Shown: one piece after another, positions 29,438 through 38,648 of the stretch
Layout: each line of letters starts with the position of its first letter
How positions within the stretch are numbered: the stretch's first letter is position 1
Source: an uncultured virus (IMG/VR IMGVR_UViG_3300032164_000005)
Lineage: Duplodnaviria > Heunggongvirae > Uroviricota > Caudoviricetes
IMG/VR virus record: IMGVR_UViG_3300032164_000005
Length of the DNA: 64,000 nucleotides
Reading direction: 5' to 3' (one strand)
Made by a program: the position numbers and the translations under genes
Notes under the pieces: model-generated
The model's database searches: none
What the model was told of the DNA's origin: nothing
The model's input: only the letters and a program-made list of their open reading frames with translations

Positions 29438-29950
29438 TCACATGTCTCGGAGCGCGCGGTTGATGTCCTTCGCGCCGTACCGGATTTCGAGGTAGATCAC
29501 GAAGACGTCGTTGCCGCGCTCATCGACCGCGTAGTGACGAGTCATTGCTCTGAAGGAGTCTGCTGGCACCAAGGCGCGCAGTTGCTCGAGCACCTTCTTC
29601 GCCTTGCGCTCGGCGGCGTTCCAGCCGCGTCCAGAGACCTCGATGGTTCCCTGGTTGGTCAGGTCGTTGATGAAGATGCGGCTTGGCTTCGCTGCTCGCG
29701 AGACGGACGGGTTCCTGATCGACCCGCTCATCACGGCGGTGTACACGCCCTGGTTCGCGTGGTGCCGCTTCAGGGCGTACTTCACCGCAGCGGTGATCGC
29801 TCCCTTGGGCCACTTCATCTTCGTGGTCTGCTTGCGGATCTCTTCGGCAATTTCCTCGTCGGGAGTGCCGACGTGGTGCCTGCCTACGGCGCGGTCGATC
29901 GCGTGCTTCGGGAGGATCTTGTCGTAGTTCACGCGCTTCTTGGTCGTCAT
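29438..29950 (-). CDS. two-domain protein joined at IRNPS
   Basis: GAGG RBS; SIRNPSV. Confidence 0.65.
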   Translation of the reverse strand: MTTKKRVNYDKILPKHAIDRAVGRHHVGTPDEEIAEEIRKQTTKMKWPKGAITAAVKYALKRHHANQGVYTAVMSGSIRNPSVSRAAKPSRIFINDLTNQGTIEVSGRGWNAAERKAKKVLEQLRALVPADSFRAMTRHYAVDERGNDVFVIYLEIRYGAKDINRALRDM

Positions 29951-29984
29951 CGTCTACCTCGAGGTCAGTGGATCAGGCCCAGGT

Positions 29985-30440
29985 CTAGCGGCGCGGATTG
30001 CGCCGTCTTCGCCCTGAGGGATTCGATCGCGCCTTCGGCTTGCCGAGACCCTGCGCCAGGGCGACGGCGGGCACGATGATCGGGAACATGAACCCGAGGA
30101 AGCCCCACCACAGGCCCCAGCCGAGGGAGTTGTTGCGCCGGTAGCCGTGGTACACGCCGATGCCCGACGAGGCGTACGCGACGGTCTGCATCAGGGGCGA
30201 GCGCCCCATGTACCCGGTCTCCGGTGTCGGGCTGACCGGGATGAGTTGCGTTACGTGCCCACCTGGGACTCGAATCAGGATGTTCTGCCCGTCCGTTGTC
30301 ACCGTGAGGTCGCCGGGCGTCGCGCCGACGTCCTGGATGATGCCCCGGCTGACGACAAGGTTCGCGATGCTACTTGGGGACGAGTAGGGCGGGATGTCGA
30401 TCCGGGATGAGGGGCTGCCATCGACGTAGTACGTGGTCAT
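29985..30440 (-). CDS. membrane protein with RSNPSGRRRRNPRR tail
   Basis: YHGYRRN..WGLWWG TM; leaderless -10 TATCAT. Confidence 0.7.
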   Translation of the reverse strand: MTTYYVDGSPSSRIDIPPYSSPSSIANLVVSRGIIQDVGATPGDLTVTTDGQNILIRVPGGHVTQLIPVSPTPETGYMGRSPLMQTVAYASSGIGVYHGYRRNNSLGWGLWWGFLGFMFPIIVPAVALAQGLGKPKARSNPSGRRRRNPRR

Positions 30441-30608
30441 GGGCGGATGATACAGGATCCCCGACGTAGTGGGTACGGCACCGCTCGCACCGGAACAGGC
30501 ACGGCATGTCCCGCCGGATCCGACGGAAGGTGTCGTGCCCGCAGGCGCAGCGGAACAGGGTGCCGTTCCGCGTGAGGTGGACCCGCATGCTGCCCCCTTG
30601 CCTAGAGT

Positions 30609-30875
30609 CTACATCTCCGTGACCAGATGGAACGGGTCGAACGATTCGGTCGAGATCCAGAACTGCTTGCCCTTGCTCGGCGTGATCAACTCTCCCTCGT
30701 CGCTCACGACGCGCAGGTAGCTCGGCACGGGGACCAGGAGAGCGCCGACCTTCAGCACGCTGACCCCATCCTGGATGATCAGATCGTTCTTCTCTCGCCT
30801 GACCTTCACGCACGCCCACGGCTTCTGCGTGTACTGCGTGCGGTGCAGGTCGCGCGGCCTGACCGGATGGGTCAT
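30609..30875 (-). CDS. hypothetical protein
   Basis: TGATG coupling. Confidence 0.45.
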   Translation of the reverse strand: MTHPVRPRDLHRTQYTQKPWACVKVRREKNDLIIQDGVSVLKVGALLVPVPSYLRVVSDEGELITPSKGKQFWISTESFDPFHLVTEM

Positions 30876-31053
30876 CAGGGCCTTCCAAGCATTTCTTGGA
30901 TGACCGGCAGCGCGAGCCATTGCCGTGAGTGTTCCTTGTACGTCCCGGTCAGCATCTGCTCGGGCGTGACCCAGGCCGCTTCGCCTTCGGGCCCAGAAAT
31001 CAGTTCGACGTCGTCGTCGATCACGCCGAGGAACGTCGAACAGAGCGTTGTGT

Positions 31054-31500
31054 TCATGCTCCGGCCTGCGACCGTAGCCACTTCCCGAGCCCCACCAGTT
31101 CGTCGTCGATGCTGATCTTTGCTTTCATCGCTGCCGCGACGAGGTCACGCAGTTTGGACGTCCAGCGTCCGGCCTGATCGGGAGCAAGGATCGCCTTGCT
31201 CGCTGCGACCGGTGGCGCAGGCGGTGGTGCAGGCGCAGGCGCGGGGCGAGCATCGAGCGCCGGGTCGCGACTCTGCCCCTTGCCGTCCTCGATGGCCGCG
31301 AGTACTTCCTCGACGGCCGGTTCGTTGCCCTCGGGCACGCCCTTGTAGTCCGCCATCACCTCGACCAGGGCGCGCCAGTGGACGGCCTTCCAGTGGCGCT
31401 TGTTCAGCGGCCGGATGTAGACGCCTCGCGGGCCCATGGCGACGGTGTATCGCTGCCCGTCGAGTTCGAGATCCCGCGACAGTACCTTCGTGAACTTCAT
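31054..31500 (-). CDS. hypothetical protein
   Basis: GAGGG RBS; Pro-rich linker. Confidence 0.65.
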   Translation of the reverse strand: MKFTKVLSRDLELDGQRYTVAMGPRGVYIRPLNKRHWKAVHWRALVEVMADYKGVPEGNEPAVEEVLAAIEDGKGQSRDPALDARPAPAPAPPPAPPVAASKAILAPDQAGRWTSKLRDLVAAAMKAKISIDDELVGLGKWLRSQAGA

Positions 31501-31557
31501 GTTTCCCTCGTTACCGCTAGCTGTTGTACGCGCTTTGCTGCGACGTGTCTACCGCGC

Positions 31558-31881
31558 TCACATCGTGGTGACCTCCGGCCGGGCAATGCACTCGCAGGGG
31601 TACTGCACGCAGTCGAGGCACACCTGCGTCACGACGCCGCGTAGCATCCGGGCGTACTTCGCGTCGGCGATCTCTTGGACGAAGGTCTTCCGCTTGACCT
31701 TGTAACTCTCGACGGCGTTCCTCTTCGCGGCCTCGACGTGCTCGTCGCAGCAGGGCGTGCCGCGCCAATTGGCATTCGGCGAGACCGTGTGGGTTGCGAG
31801 TTCCTGGCAGAACGCACAGCCGGGCACGTACTGCTGAAGCAGACGCAGCATGGCGGTGACTTCTTCGATGGTCAGGTTCAC
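31558..31881 (-). CDS. Cys-rich hypothetical protein
   Basis: CAFC...CCDEH...CLDC. Confidence 0.55.
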   Translation of the reverse strand: MNLTIEEVTAMLRLLQQYVPGCAFCQELATHTVSPNANWRGTPCCDEHVEAAKRNAVESYKVKRKTFVQEIADAKYARMLRGVVTQVCLDCVQYPCECIARPEVTTM

Positions 31882-32438
31882 GACAGCGCCCCCTTTCCAA
31901 CCTGCTCGAGAGTCTCGCGCAGCGCCTCGCGGTTCGCGGTGCCCTCCAGCCGGGCGATGGCTGCCCGCGTGTCGGCGAGATTGCGGATCTGGTGGGTCTC
32001 GCTCTCGCGCAACCGGGCGAGTTCCTGGTCGCGCTTCTCAGCCTCGGTGTAGATCGTCCGGGGCACGATCATGCCCTTGGTGACCATCTGCGCGACCTTG
32101 GCGTCGAACTGCTCGATGAGGCTAGCGAGCGCCACGCGCTTCGCGAGGAAGAACACGGTCGGCAGCGGGTTGCCCCTGCTGTCCCCTACGCCTTCGACAT
32201 CGTCGAGAACGACGGTCGTCTTGCCAGCGGAGGCGAACTCCGCGAGGAGCTTGTCACCGAGGGCGATGCCCTCCGGAGTCAGGGGCAGATTAATGTGCCG
32301 GTGCGAGGTGTGACCACGGGCCTCGCTGTATCGGCCGCGCATCGCCTTGATCTGCTTGCCGTAGCGACGGACAAGCTCCGGTGACGTGTTCAGGTCGAGG
32401 CGGACTGACGTTGCTCGGATCGTTGCCGTCGTGCTCAT
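31878..32438 (-). CDS. hypothetical protein (cassette-driven)
   Basis: Directly downstream of conserved cassette copy 1. Confidence 0.7.
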   Translation of the reverse strand: MSTTATIRATSVRLDLNTSPELVRRYGKQIKAMRGRYSEARGHTSHRHINLPLTPEGIALGDKLLAEFASAGKTTVVLDDVEGVGDSRGNPLPTVFFLAKRVALASLIEQFDAKVAQMVTKGMIVPRTIYTEAEKRDQELARLRESETHQIRNLADTRAAIARLEGTANREALRETLEQVGKGALS

Positions 32439-32510
32439 TAGTCGTACCCTCCAGAACGTCAGACGAGTCCACTGCGAGTATATTCTAAGAATTCGTAACA
32501 GACTGGAATG
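32439..32510 (-). promoter_or_regulatory. conserved promoter/leader cassette, copy 1
   Basis: ATTCCAGTCTGTTACGAATTCTTAGAATATA...CGTCTGAC...GGAGGGT. Confidence 0.75.
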
Positions 32511-32531
32511 CTGTCGCTTCCCGGTAGCCAG

Positions 32532-32738
32532 CTACCTCTTGCGCCTGAGCCATTCCTGGTGGCGCTCCTCTCCGATGCGCCAGAGCCCCACCAAGCTGCC
32601 GACTGAGCCCATGGCCCAGCCTGCGATCAGGTACGCCAGGGCCCACGGACTGTTCCGGGTCCAGGAGAGAAGCGGGAATCCGGTCACGAACATCGCCGCT
32701 CCCGCGAGCACGACGATCATGTTGATGTGACGCTTCAT
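32532..32738 (-). CDS. small two-TM membrane protein
   Basis: Two hydrophobic helices and a basic tail. Confidence 0.55.
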   Translation of the reverse strand: MKRHINMIVVLAGAAMFVTGFPLLSWTRNSPWALAYLIAGWAMGSVGSLVGLWRIGEERHQEWLRRKR

Positions 32739-32989
32739 GTCGGGCACGCCGCTGCGATGGCATCCGCGATCGACTGCGCCGTGATCTCGCGCCACTCCCC
32801 GCCGACGCACACCTCGCGGCACGCGAACATGCCAAGCAGGCGCGCGGCCTCGTACTGCGGCGATCCGGGCTCACCAGGGCGAGCTTTGCGTCCGGGCCAG
32901 ATCCTGAACTGCCGGACGTCGCCGTCGCGGCGACAATGGATCTCCGTAGGCCTGAACGAGATCGTGGCTGCCCAGCCTACCGGCCTCAC
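32735..32989 (-). CDS. hypothetical protein
   Basis: GTGA/ATGA coupling. Confidence 0.5.
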   Translation of the reverse strand: MRPVGWAATISFRPTEIHCRRDGDVRQFRIWPGRKARPGEPGSPQYEAARLLGMFACREVCVGGEWREITAQSIADAIAAACPT

Positions 32990-33336
32990 GTCGCCACCGC
33001 GCGGTAGCAGTAGCAGGTCGCGTGTGCGTTGACCCCGCACGAGGGGCAGGGCTCCGGTTCCGCCAGGAAGCCGTCCAGGGCGAAGAACGCGCGGTCGTCA
33101 CCGTCGCGCGTCGCGAGGGACCAGCCGGGTACGTCGTTCACCCTGGAGGCCGCCGTGCAGGGGCGCAGGCCTGAGGACTCGTTCACCGAGGCGGCAGCGG
33201 CGTAGCCAGACTGCCATGCGTACGGTGCGTCCGCGTACGTCCTGGACACGGCGTCCCAGGTGTACACCTCGGCCCCATCGTCCCAGCGGACCCACGCGTT
33301 CCATCCGTCCAGGAAAAGCTCGGTCGTTGTCGCCAT
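32986..33336 (-). CDS. hypothetical protein (cassette-driven)
   Basis: GGAGGGTGTGACG-ATG start. Confidence 0.65.
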   Translation of the reverse strand: MATTTELFLDGWNAWVRWDDGAEVYTWDAVSRTYADAPYAWQSGYAAAASVNESSGLRPCTAASRVNDVPGWSLATRDGDDRAFFALDGFLAEPEPCPSCGVNAHATCYCYRAVAT

Positions 33337-33418
33337 CGTCACACCCTCCATTGGCTCAGACGGACCCATTGCGAGTATATTCTAGGAATTCGTAACCGAC
33401 CGGAATTCCGTGTGATTC
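33337..33418 (-). promoter_or_regulatory. conserved promoter/leader cassette, copy 2
   Basis: ATTCCGGTCGGTTACGAATTCCTAGAATATA...CGTCTGA...GGAGGGTGTGACG. Confidence 0.8.
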
Positions 33419-34398
33419 GACTGCTCGCGCTCGCACGTCTGGCAGCGCCCATCGCTCGAGAGGTCGCCCGCGTGCCACCGGGCTCCGCACGACGAGCAGG
33501 GCGTCCAGGCCCCGCGATCCACGACGTTGCGGTCGAAGGCCGCGTCGGCCCTGGCGCACTCGCACTCGAGCATCCCGCACTCGGGACACTGCAACGCGCT
33601 CGAGACGCACACGCGGCCGTCATGGACATCGACGCGCGGGTGCTCGGCGAGCCTGCGCAGGACGCTCGCCTTCAGCCCGTCCAGGTACAGGTTCCCGGCG
33701 TCGTCCGTCCAGGTCCAGTCCGTGGTGCGCAGGACGTGGCTACGGAGGATCTCGTTCACCTCCGATGGTAGGGTTCCCAGGTGCGCGGCGAGGTCGTCGG
33801 GAAGCCCGCGACCGACCATGGCCCTGATCGTCTGCGGGTGCAGGACCGTCTCTGCCTCGGGCAGCTTCACCCTCACCCTGGGGGCTCGCGGAAGCTTCAC
33901 CGGCTGGGGCGCGAGGAGCAGATCGACCTGCTCCATCTCCCAGGCGGCGAGCACGGGCAGGCGGCCCTCGAGACGCGCCTCGCGGAACCGAGCCAGGGTG
34001 CGCAACGCGGACGTGTCCGCATGGATCTCGGAGAGCGGCGTGCGCTGCTTGAACTGCTGGCAGTGCGTCAGTTCGTGGGCAGTGAGCTTCACGATCGCTT
34101 CGACGGCATCGACGAGATCGTACTTGGGGGCGGTCTTCAGACCTCGGTACGACATGTTGCGTACCGGGAACTGATCGTCCGCTCCGACTGCTGACACGAC
34201 GAGGTAGCGTGCGTGTCCGCCGCGACGCGACGAGATCGATGGGATGCGGGAGTACGCGCGCCCACGATACGCGTGACGGGAGTTCTTCACGTTCAGCGCG
34301 ACGTGGCCGTGCTCCCTGCCGTCGCGGGCGAACTCGACCAGTTCTCGCACCAGGGAGATCGGGAAGCGGTGCGTGCTTTTCACATCGACACGGTTCAT
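33382..34398 (-). CDS. HExxH metallopeptidase-like protein
   Basis: AHELTH...E; C-terminal Cys motifs; GGAGG RBS. Confidence 0.55.
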   Translation of the reverse strand: MNRVDVKSTHRFPISLVRELVEFARDGREHGHVALNVKNSRHAYRGRAYSRIPSISSRRGGHARYLVVSAVGADDQFPVRNMSYRGLKTAPKYDLVDAVEAIVKLTAHELTHCQQFKQRTPLSEIHADTSALRTLARFREARLEGRLPVLAAWEMEQVDLLLAPQPVKLPRAPRVRVKLPEAETVLHPQTIRAMVGRGLPDDLAAHLGTLPSEVNEILRSHVLRTTDWTWTDDAGNLYLDGLKASVLRRLAEHPRVDVHDGRVCVSSALQCPECGMLECECARADAAFDRNVVDRGAWTPCSSCGARWHAGDLSSDGRCQTCEREQSNHTEFRSVTNS

Positions 34399-34787
34399 CG
34401 TGATCCTCCGACCAACAGACGCACGCGTGCCGCTGCGTCTGACAACCGCTTGCGCGACTCTTCGAGCAGGCTCGAGCGGCTGTGCGTCAGCCGGTAGAAC
34501 CTGTAGCCGCTGTACCGGCACTCCTTGCGCTGGCACCAGTACGGGGCCGTCTGAGCGCGCTCCTCCTTCGAGGCGTCATCCGCGCCCGTCGCCGGGACCA
34601 ACTTGCCGTCGCACACGGAGCAGCGCCAGGGCTGCCCGCCGCACTCGGCGGTGAGGAACGCGTCGAAGGCCTCGAGGCAGCGGGCGGCGTCGTGGTGCGC
34701 CTTGAGCGCCTCGGCGAGTTCCGCGTTGTCGAAGTCCGTCGGGATCTCCGACCGGCTGAAGTGAATGCCGTACCGCAAGAGTTCCAT
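34395..34787 (-). CDS. hypothetical protein with Zn finger
   Basis: CSVC...CQRKEC. Confidence 0.55.
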   Translation of the reverse strand: MELLRYGIHFSRSEIPTDFDNAELAEALKAHHDAARCLEAFDAFLTAECGGQPWRCSVCDGKLVPATGADDASKEERAQTAPYWCQRKECRYSGYRFYRLTHSRSSLLEESRKRLSDAAARVRLLVGGSR

Positions 34788-34790
34788 CGC

Positions 34791-35132
34791 TCAGCCTCCG
34801 GTCTTCGGTTGCATGTAGCCCAGCAGCGGGGGGAGCCCGCGACTCTGCGCCGTGATGATCTCGCGCAGGAACGCGCGGGTCGGACCGTAGACGGACACCT
34901 TGTGTGCGCCCGCTTCCGTCCCTGGGTAGTCCTTCGAGTAGGACGTGCGGCCCGCCTCGCGCTGCTGGATGCCGTCCGGCAGGAAGCCGTCGTCGCCGGT
35001 CAGGTGCCGACGGGTCTTCGTCTCGGTCCAGCCGAGACGGGCCGCGATCACCTTGATGGTGACGTCCTCGCCTGTCTCCAGGAACATCGCGACGATCGCG
35101 CTGCGTACTGCGCCACCGTGTAGACCAGCCAT
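34791..35132 (-). CDS. putative winged-HTH protein
   Basis: VTIKVIAARLGWTETKTRRHL; GGAGG RBS. Confidence 0.55.
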   Translation of the reverse strand: MAGLHGGAVRSAIVAMFLETGEDVTIKVIAARLGWTETKTRRHLTGDDGFLPDGIQQREAGRTSYSKDYPGTEAGAHKVSVYGPTRAFLREIITAQSRGLPPLLGYMQPKTGG

Positions 35133-35150
35133 CTCACACCTCCGCTTCCT

Positions 35151-35282
35151 TGGTGGACCCCGAGGGGATCGAACCCTCGATCAGCAAGCACCGGCCGTCG
35201 TCCTCCGAGAGGCGGCGCATCGATGCCGCCGCTCGTGACTGCCCGGCCGGGCGAGTTCCTGCTGACGCAACCGTGCTGGCCC
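35151..35282 (-). ncRNA. tRNA/tmRNA-like structured RNA (132 nt)
   Basis: 3' end GAGGG-TTCGATC-CCCTC-GGGGTCC-ACCA; 5' GGGCC pairs with it including G3.U70; internal helices TCAGCAGG/CTTGCTGA and CCGGCCG/CGGCCGG. Confidence 0.6.
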
Positions 35283-35533
35283 TAGCTGACCTCGCTGACC
35301 GTCAACTCGCTCCCGTCGAAGTCGAAGCGAAGCATCGTGCCCTCGTCGCCGATCTCGCGGTGGTAGATCCAGGGCGACGAGAACGGCTTGCCCTGGTAGT
35401 GGGCCAGGAAGCGGTCCGCCTGGACGCGGCACGCCTCCACGAACCCTTCGCGCTGGTCCTCTGCGGCCCTGACCGCTGCCCCGTGCTTGTTCAGGGCCTT
35501 CTCTGACACCGGCTTCTTCGCTCTGGTCTTCAT
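35282..35533 (-). CDS. hypothetical protein (cassette-driven)
   Basis: GGAGGGTGTGACG-ATG start. Confidence 0.65.
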   Translation of the reverse strand: MKTRAKKPVSEKALNKHGAAVRAAEDQREGFVEACRVQADRFLAHYQGKPFSSPWIYHREIGDEGTMLRFDFDGSELTVSEVS

Positions 35534-35615
35534 CGTCACACCCTCCAGTGGGTTATACGGCTGCCCTGCGAGATTATTCTCTCAATTAGTAACCGATGGG
35601 AATTCCGTGTGATTC
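35534..35615 (-). promoter_or_regulatory. conserved promoter/leader cassette, copy 3
   Basis: ATTCCCATCGGTTACTAATTGAGAGAATAAT...GGAGGGTGTGACG. Confidence 0.8.
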
Positions 35616-35952
35616 ACGTCCTCGTGCGACGCCCCGTCACGACGTTGACCACGGTCACGCCGGGACCGAAGGCCGCGCGCATCTCGTACCGCTCCTCGTC
35701 CGAGGGCGCGCGGCTGTTCGCGCGGTACTGCTGCACGAACGCGTCGAGGTAGGCGGAGTAGCCTGCCGCCTGGACGTCCGAGCAGACCACGTAGGCGTCC
35801 GCGAAGGTGCTCGGCGAGATCACGGCGTCATTCGACGTCCAGCGCAGGACGCCATCGACCTCGCGCGTGTCCGTGACGAACTGAGCGCGCAGGCGCTCGA
35901 TCTCGGCCCGCTGCCAGGACGGCAGGGTCGCGGGGATCTCCAGGCGGTTCAT
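35614..35952 (-). CDS. phage hypothetical protein
   Basis: YEMRAAFGPGVTVVNVVTGR motif. Confidence 0.7.
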   Translation of the reverse strand: MNRLEIPATLPSWQRAEIERLRAQFVTDTREVDGVLRWTSNDAVISPSTFADAYVVCSDVQAAGYSAYLDAFVQQYRANSRAPSDEERYEMRAAFGPGVTVVNVVTGRRTRT

Positions 35953-36677
35953 CGGTTCACCATGCCGAGGATCTCGCCGATGGTGGGCGGCAGCGTCTCC
36001 TTGACCGGAGGCAGCGCCTTGCACGCGCACGCTGCGGTCCAGAGGCGCAGGCGGTCTCGTGCGCCCTCGACGCGCCACCGGTTCGCTCGCGCCGCGTACA
36101 CCTTCCCGTTCGAGTCGAAGGTTCCGATCGTGCGCTTGCCGATGCGGACCACGCAGCGCGCTTCGCCGCTTTCGTAGGTACTGAGTTCCCAGGACATCAC
36201 GGGCGCGACGACCTCCTCACGGTCCATCAGAACGCCGGGCTTCCAGGCCGCCAGCCGGGCTCGCACGCCGCGCAGTTCTTCGGTGCCGCGCTCGGCCTGA
36301 TACTCGGCAGCCTTGGCCGCGTTGTTGACGGCCAGCGTCCAGGTGTAGAGGTCCGTGACGCCGCACACGAGATCGTAGGGCGTCGGCGTGTGCTTGTAGT
36401 GCTTCCAGACGGTCAGAATCCTGACCTCGCCGCGACGCAGGGCCAGGGACCGGTCGTGCTCACGCACGATCATCTGCTCGAGAGCAGCGGCGTACCGCTG
36501 CGTGGGCTCGGGCGAGACCTCCCAGGCGGTCTGGCTCGACGAGGGGCAGTGGCCGTGCAGCCAGCCATCACCCGGACGCTGGAAGCCGTGCTTCGACAGC
36601 GTGCCCTTGGCGGCGCTCGCCGTGAACACCCGCTGGCAGACCCCGCACGTCCCGGTCTTCTCGTTCGTTCGTCCCAT
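35949..36677 (-). CDS. hypothetical protein with N-terminal Cys/His motif (cassette-driven)
   Basis: GTCGVCQR...KHGF...CPSS. Confidence 0.7.
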   Translation of the reverse strand: MGRTNEKTGTCGVCQRVFTASAAKGTLSKHGFQRPGDGWLHGHCPSSSQTAWEVSPEPTQRYAAALEQMIVREHDRSLALRRGEVRILTVWKHYKHTPTPYDLVCGVTDLYTWTLAVNNAAKAAEYQAERGTEELRGVRARLAAWKPGVLMDREEVVAPVMSWELSTYESGEARCVVRIGKRTIGTFDSNGKVYAARANRWRVEGARDRLRLWTAACACKALPPVKETLPPTIGEILGMVNR

Positions 36678-36753
36678 CGTCACACCTCATGGGGTCAGAC
36701 GGGGGCCTTTACTGGTATATTCTACAAAATCGTAACCGATGGGAATACCGTCG
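36678..36753 (-). promoter_or_regulatory. conserved promoter/leader cassette, copy 4
   Basis: 40 bp identical to copy 6 in inverted orientation. Confidence 0.8.
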
Positions 36754-36756
36754 GAT

Positions 36757-37125
36757 TTATCTGCCCAGCCGGGACCGGTAGGCACGGTCCAGAACCGTCA
36801 GAATCGCCTGCTCGGTGGGGTCGTTCGCGGCACGTAGCTGTGCCTGGATCGCGTCGGCCCGCTGCTCAGAGAACGCCGCCAGCGCGCGACGCGTGGCGTC
36901 GTCCATGGCCCCGGTGGGCTGGAGCGGGTAGCCGAGGGCGAGTAGCTGCCGCTGAGCGATACGGATCACCGTCGGCCGCAGGATCGCTGGGGTGAGCGCG
37001 AGCTTTCGGATCGGCAGCGACTGCACCGACCGGAAGCGCCACCACCACGCAGCGCCCCCGACGGCGGCGCTGACGACCCCGGCGATGCCGAGGCCGATGT
37101 ACAGCCGACGCAGGCGGCGCTTCAT
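36757..37125 (-). CDS. N-anchored protein with peptidoglycan-binding-like domain
   Basis: AQRQLLALGYPLQPTGAMDDATRRALAAF; resembles 22542..23105. Confidence 0.7.
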   Translation of the reverse strand: MKRRLRRLYIGLGIAGVVSAAVGGAAWWWRFRSVQSLPIRKLALTPAILRPTVIRIAQRQLLALGYPLQPTGAMDDATRRALAAFSEQRADAIQAQLRAANDPTEQAILTVLDRAYRSRLGR

Positions 37126-37128
37126 GCG

Positions 37129-38019
37129 CTACTCGGGCTGGTGCTCGTGCCGGATGTCGCCGTCCACCATGTGGTAGACCGGTTCGTCGGCAGCGCGACC
37201 GATGCCTGACTTGGAAAGCCGCAGGTAGGTGGCGTAGGCCACGTTGGCTCTGTGTCCGTCGTGTCCCGAGTACACCGTGCCCACGTTGCCCACGATGACC
37301 TCGTGCAGCGCGCCGGACGGATTACGTCGCGCTCGAGCCCTCGCTGGCTCGGGCAGCATCCTGGACGTGCTGCGCTCTCGCTGACCGCTTCCGAGTTGCC
37401 GCGCGCTGCTCCTGGACCCGCGCGACCGGGCGGAACTCAACCAGGGCCACGCGAGGTACAGCAGCAGCACGCCGCCGCCGACCCACGCGATCGTGGTGAT
37501 CAGGTTCGTGGCACTGGCAATCGTGCCCGTCGGGGTCAGCGCGTCGCCGAGACTCGCCGGGTGCGTCGCGTCGCTTGTTGGACCGACCGGGTTCTCGTTC
37601 AGGCCCCACGCGACCGGAGCGTTCGACGAGGTCTGTGTGTTCGCCATCGCGCCGCTGATCCAGTCGGACAGCGGGCCGTTCCGAGCTTCCAGGAACGGCT
37701 GCACGGTCACGTTCGACCAGTTCGTCGCGGCAGCGCCGATCACGTTGTCGTTCATGTGATCGAGTCGCTGTTTCAGATTCGCGGCGGTCTGCTGCGCGTG
37801 CTCGAGCGTGTCAGCGTCGAGCAGGGCGACCGCGTACGTGTAGAACGGCATGAACAGCGAATGGTCGCGCGTGATCCGTGGCACCGAGGCCCAGCGAGCG
37901 ATCACGGGGACGCCGCGTCCGGTCATCGAGGTCGCGTTGAACGCGTTGACGATCTCCCCTTCCGTCGGCATCGACGTTTCGATGTGCGAGGTTTCTACCG
38001 CGCCGAGAACGAAGTACAT
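37129..38019 (-). CDS. membrane protein with an RRNPS-linked C-terminal module
   Basis: TM helix, Arg-rich linker RARRNPSG; AGGAG RBS. Confidence 0.7.
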   Translation of the reverse strand: MYFVLGAVETSHIETSMPTEGEIVNAFNATSMTGRGVPVIARWASVPRITRDHSLFMPFYTYAVALLDADTLEHAQQTAANLKQRLDHMNDNVIGAAATNWSNVTVQPFLEARNGPLSDWISGAMANTQTSSNAPVAWGLNENPVGPTSDATHPASLGDALTPTGTIASATNLITTIAWVGGGVLLLYLAWPWLSSARSRGSRSSARQLGSGQRERSTSRMLPEPARARARRNPSGALHEVIVGNVGTVYSGHDGHRANVAYATYLRLSKSGIGRAADEPVYHMVDGDIRHEHQPE

Positions 38020-38094
38020 GCTGTGCTCCTGTTTCGGGGAGGGTATCACAGCCCTGGCTGTCAGAGGTACGATCGGTCGCGCGTCGTGGAGGGC

Positions 38095-38637
38095 ATGAGC
38101 ACAGAACGAGTCCGGTCAGCGTTCGCCGCCCTCCGTGAGGTTGCGCGGCCCTACTACGACAGCCTGTACGCCTCGCGTGCGGGTCTCCTGCCGACCGGGT
38201 ATCGCAACCCGGCCGCTGCGGGGTCCATCTACGGCATGACGCCGGAGCGGCTTCAGCGAGAACTCGAGCAGGTCGCCGAGTGGCGTCCGTTCCAGCATCC
38301 TGCCGTTGCGCCCGGCTGCGAGGCCTTCTCAACCGACCTGCCGGGCGCGCTCGGCATCGTGGACGTGCGCCTGCTTCCGCCGACGGCGAGTCTCACGCTC
38401 ATGGACCCGAAGGGCACCGGCACCGTCGAGGCCTGCGTCTCCGGGCTGCGCGGTGTCCTGGTGCCGTTCACGGTGGCGATCCTGGGCCAGGAGGAGGGCC
38501 GCGAGGTCGTCTTCACGTTCCACCCTGGCGATCCGATCCGACCGAGCAGCGTGCCCTCTGAGGGGCGCTCAGGACGCGTCGTGAGCCCAGCGGAGTGCCT
38601 GGAACTCGGATTGCTCATGGCGAAGGTTGTGGAGTAG
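38095..38637 (+). CDS. hypothetical protein
   Basis: GGAGG RBS; FTFHPGDP. Confidence 0.65.
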   Translation: MSTERVRSAFAALREVARPYYDSLYASRAGLLPTGYRNPAAAGSIYGMTPERLQRELEQVAEWRPFQHPAVAPGCEAFSTDLPGALGIVDVRLLPPTASLTLMDPKGTGTVEACVSGLRGVLVPFTVAILGQEEGREVVFTFHPGDPIRPSSVPSEGRSGRVVSPAECLELGLLMAKVVE

Positions 38638-38648
38638 CCTCTCGAGGC

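Noticed and set aside
35151..35182. Canonical tRNA gene or simple attP
   Set aside because: No D-arm or anticodon arm at the expected spacing and no integrase in the window. The upstream sequence pairs with it, so it was kept as an atypical RNA; attP is not fully excluded.
32439..36753. Repeats as a CRISPR array or integron attC sites
   Set aside because: Spacing is 0.9-2.2 kb with whole genes between copies; there are no cas genes or integrase, no GTTRRRY core and no attC hairpin.
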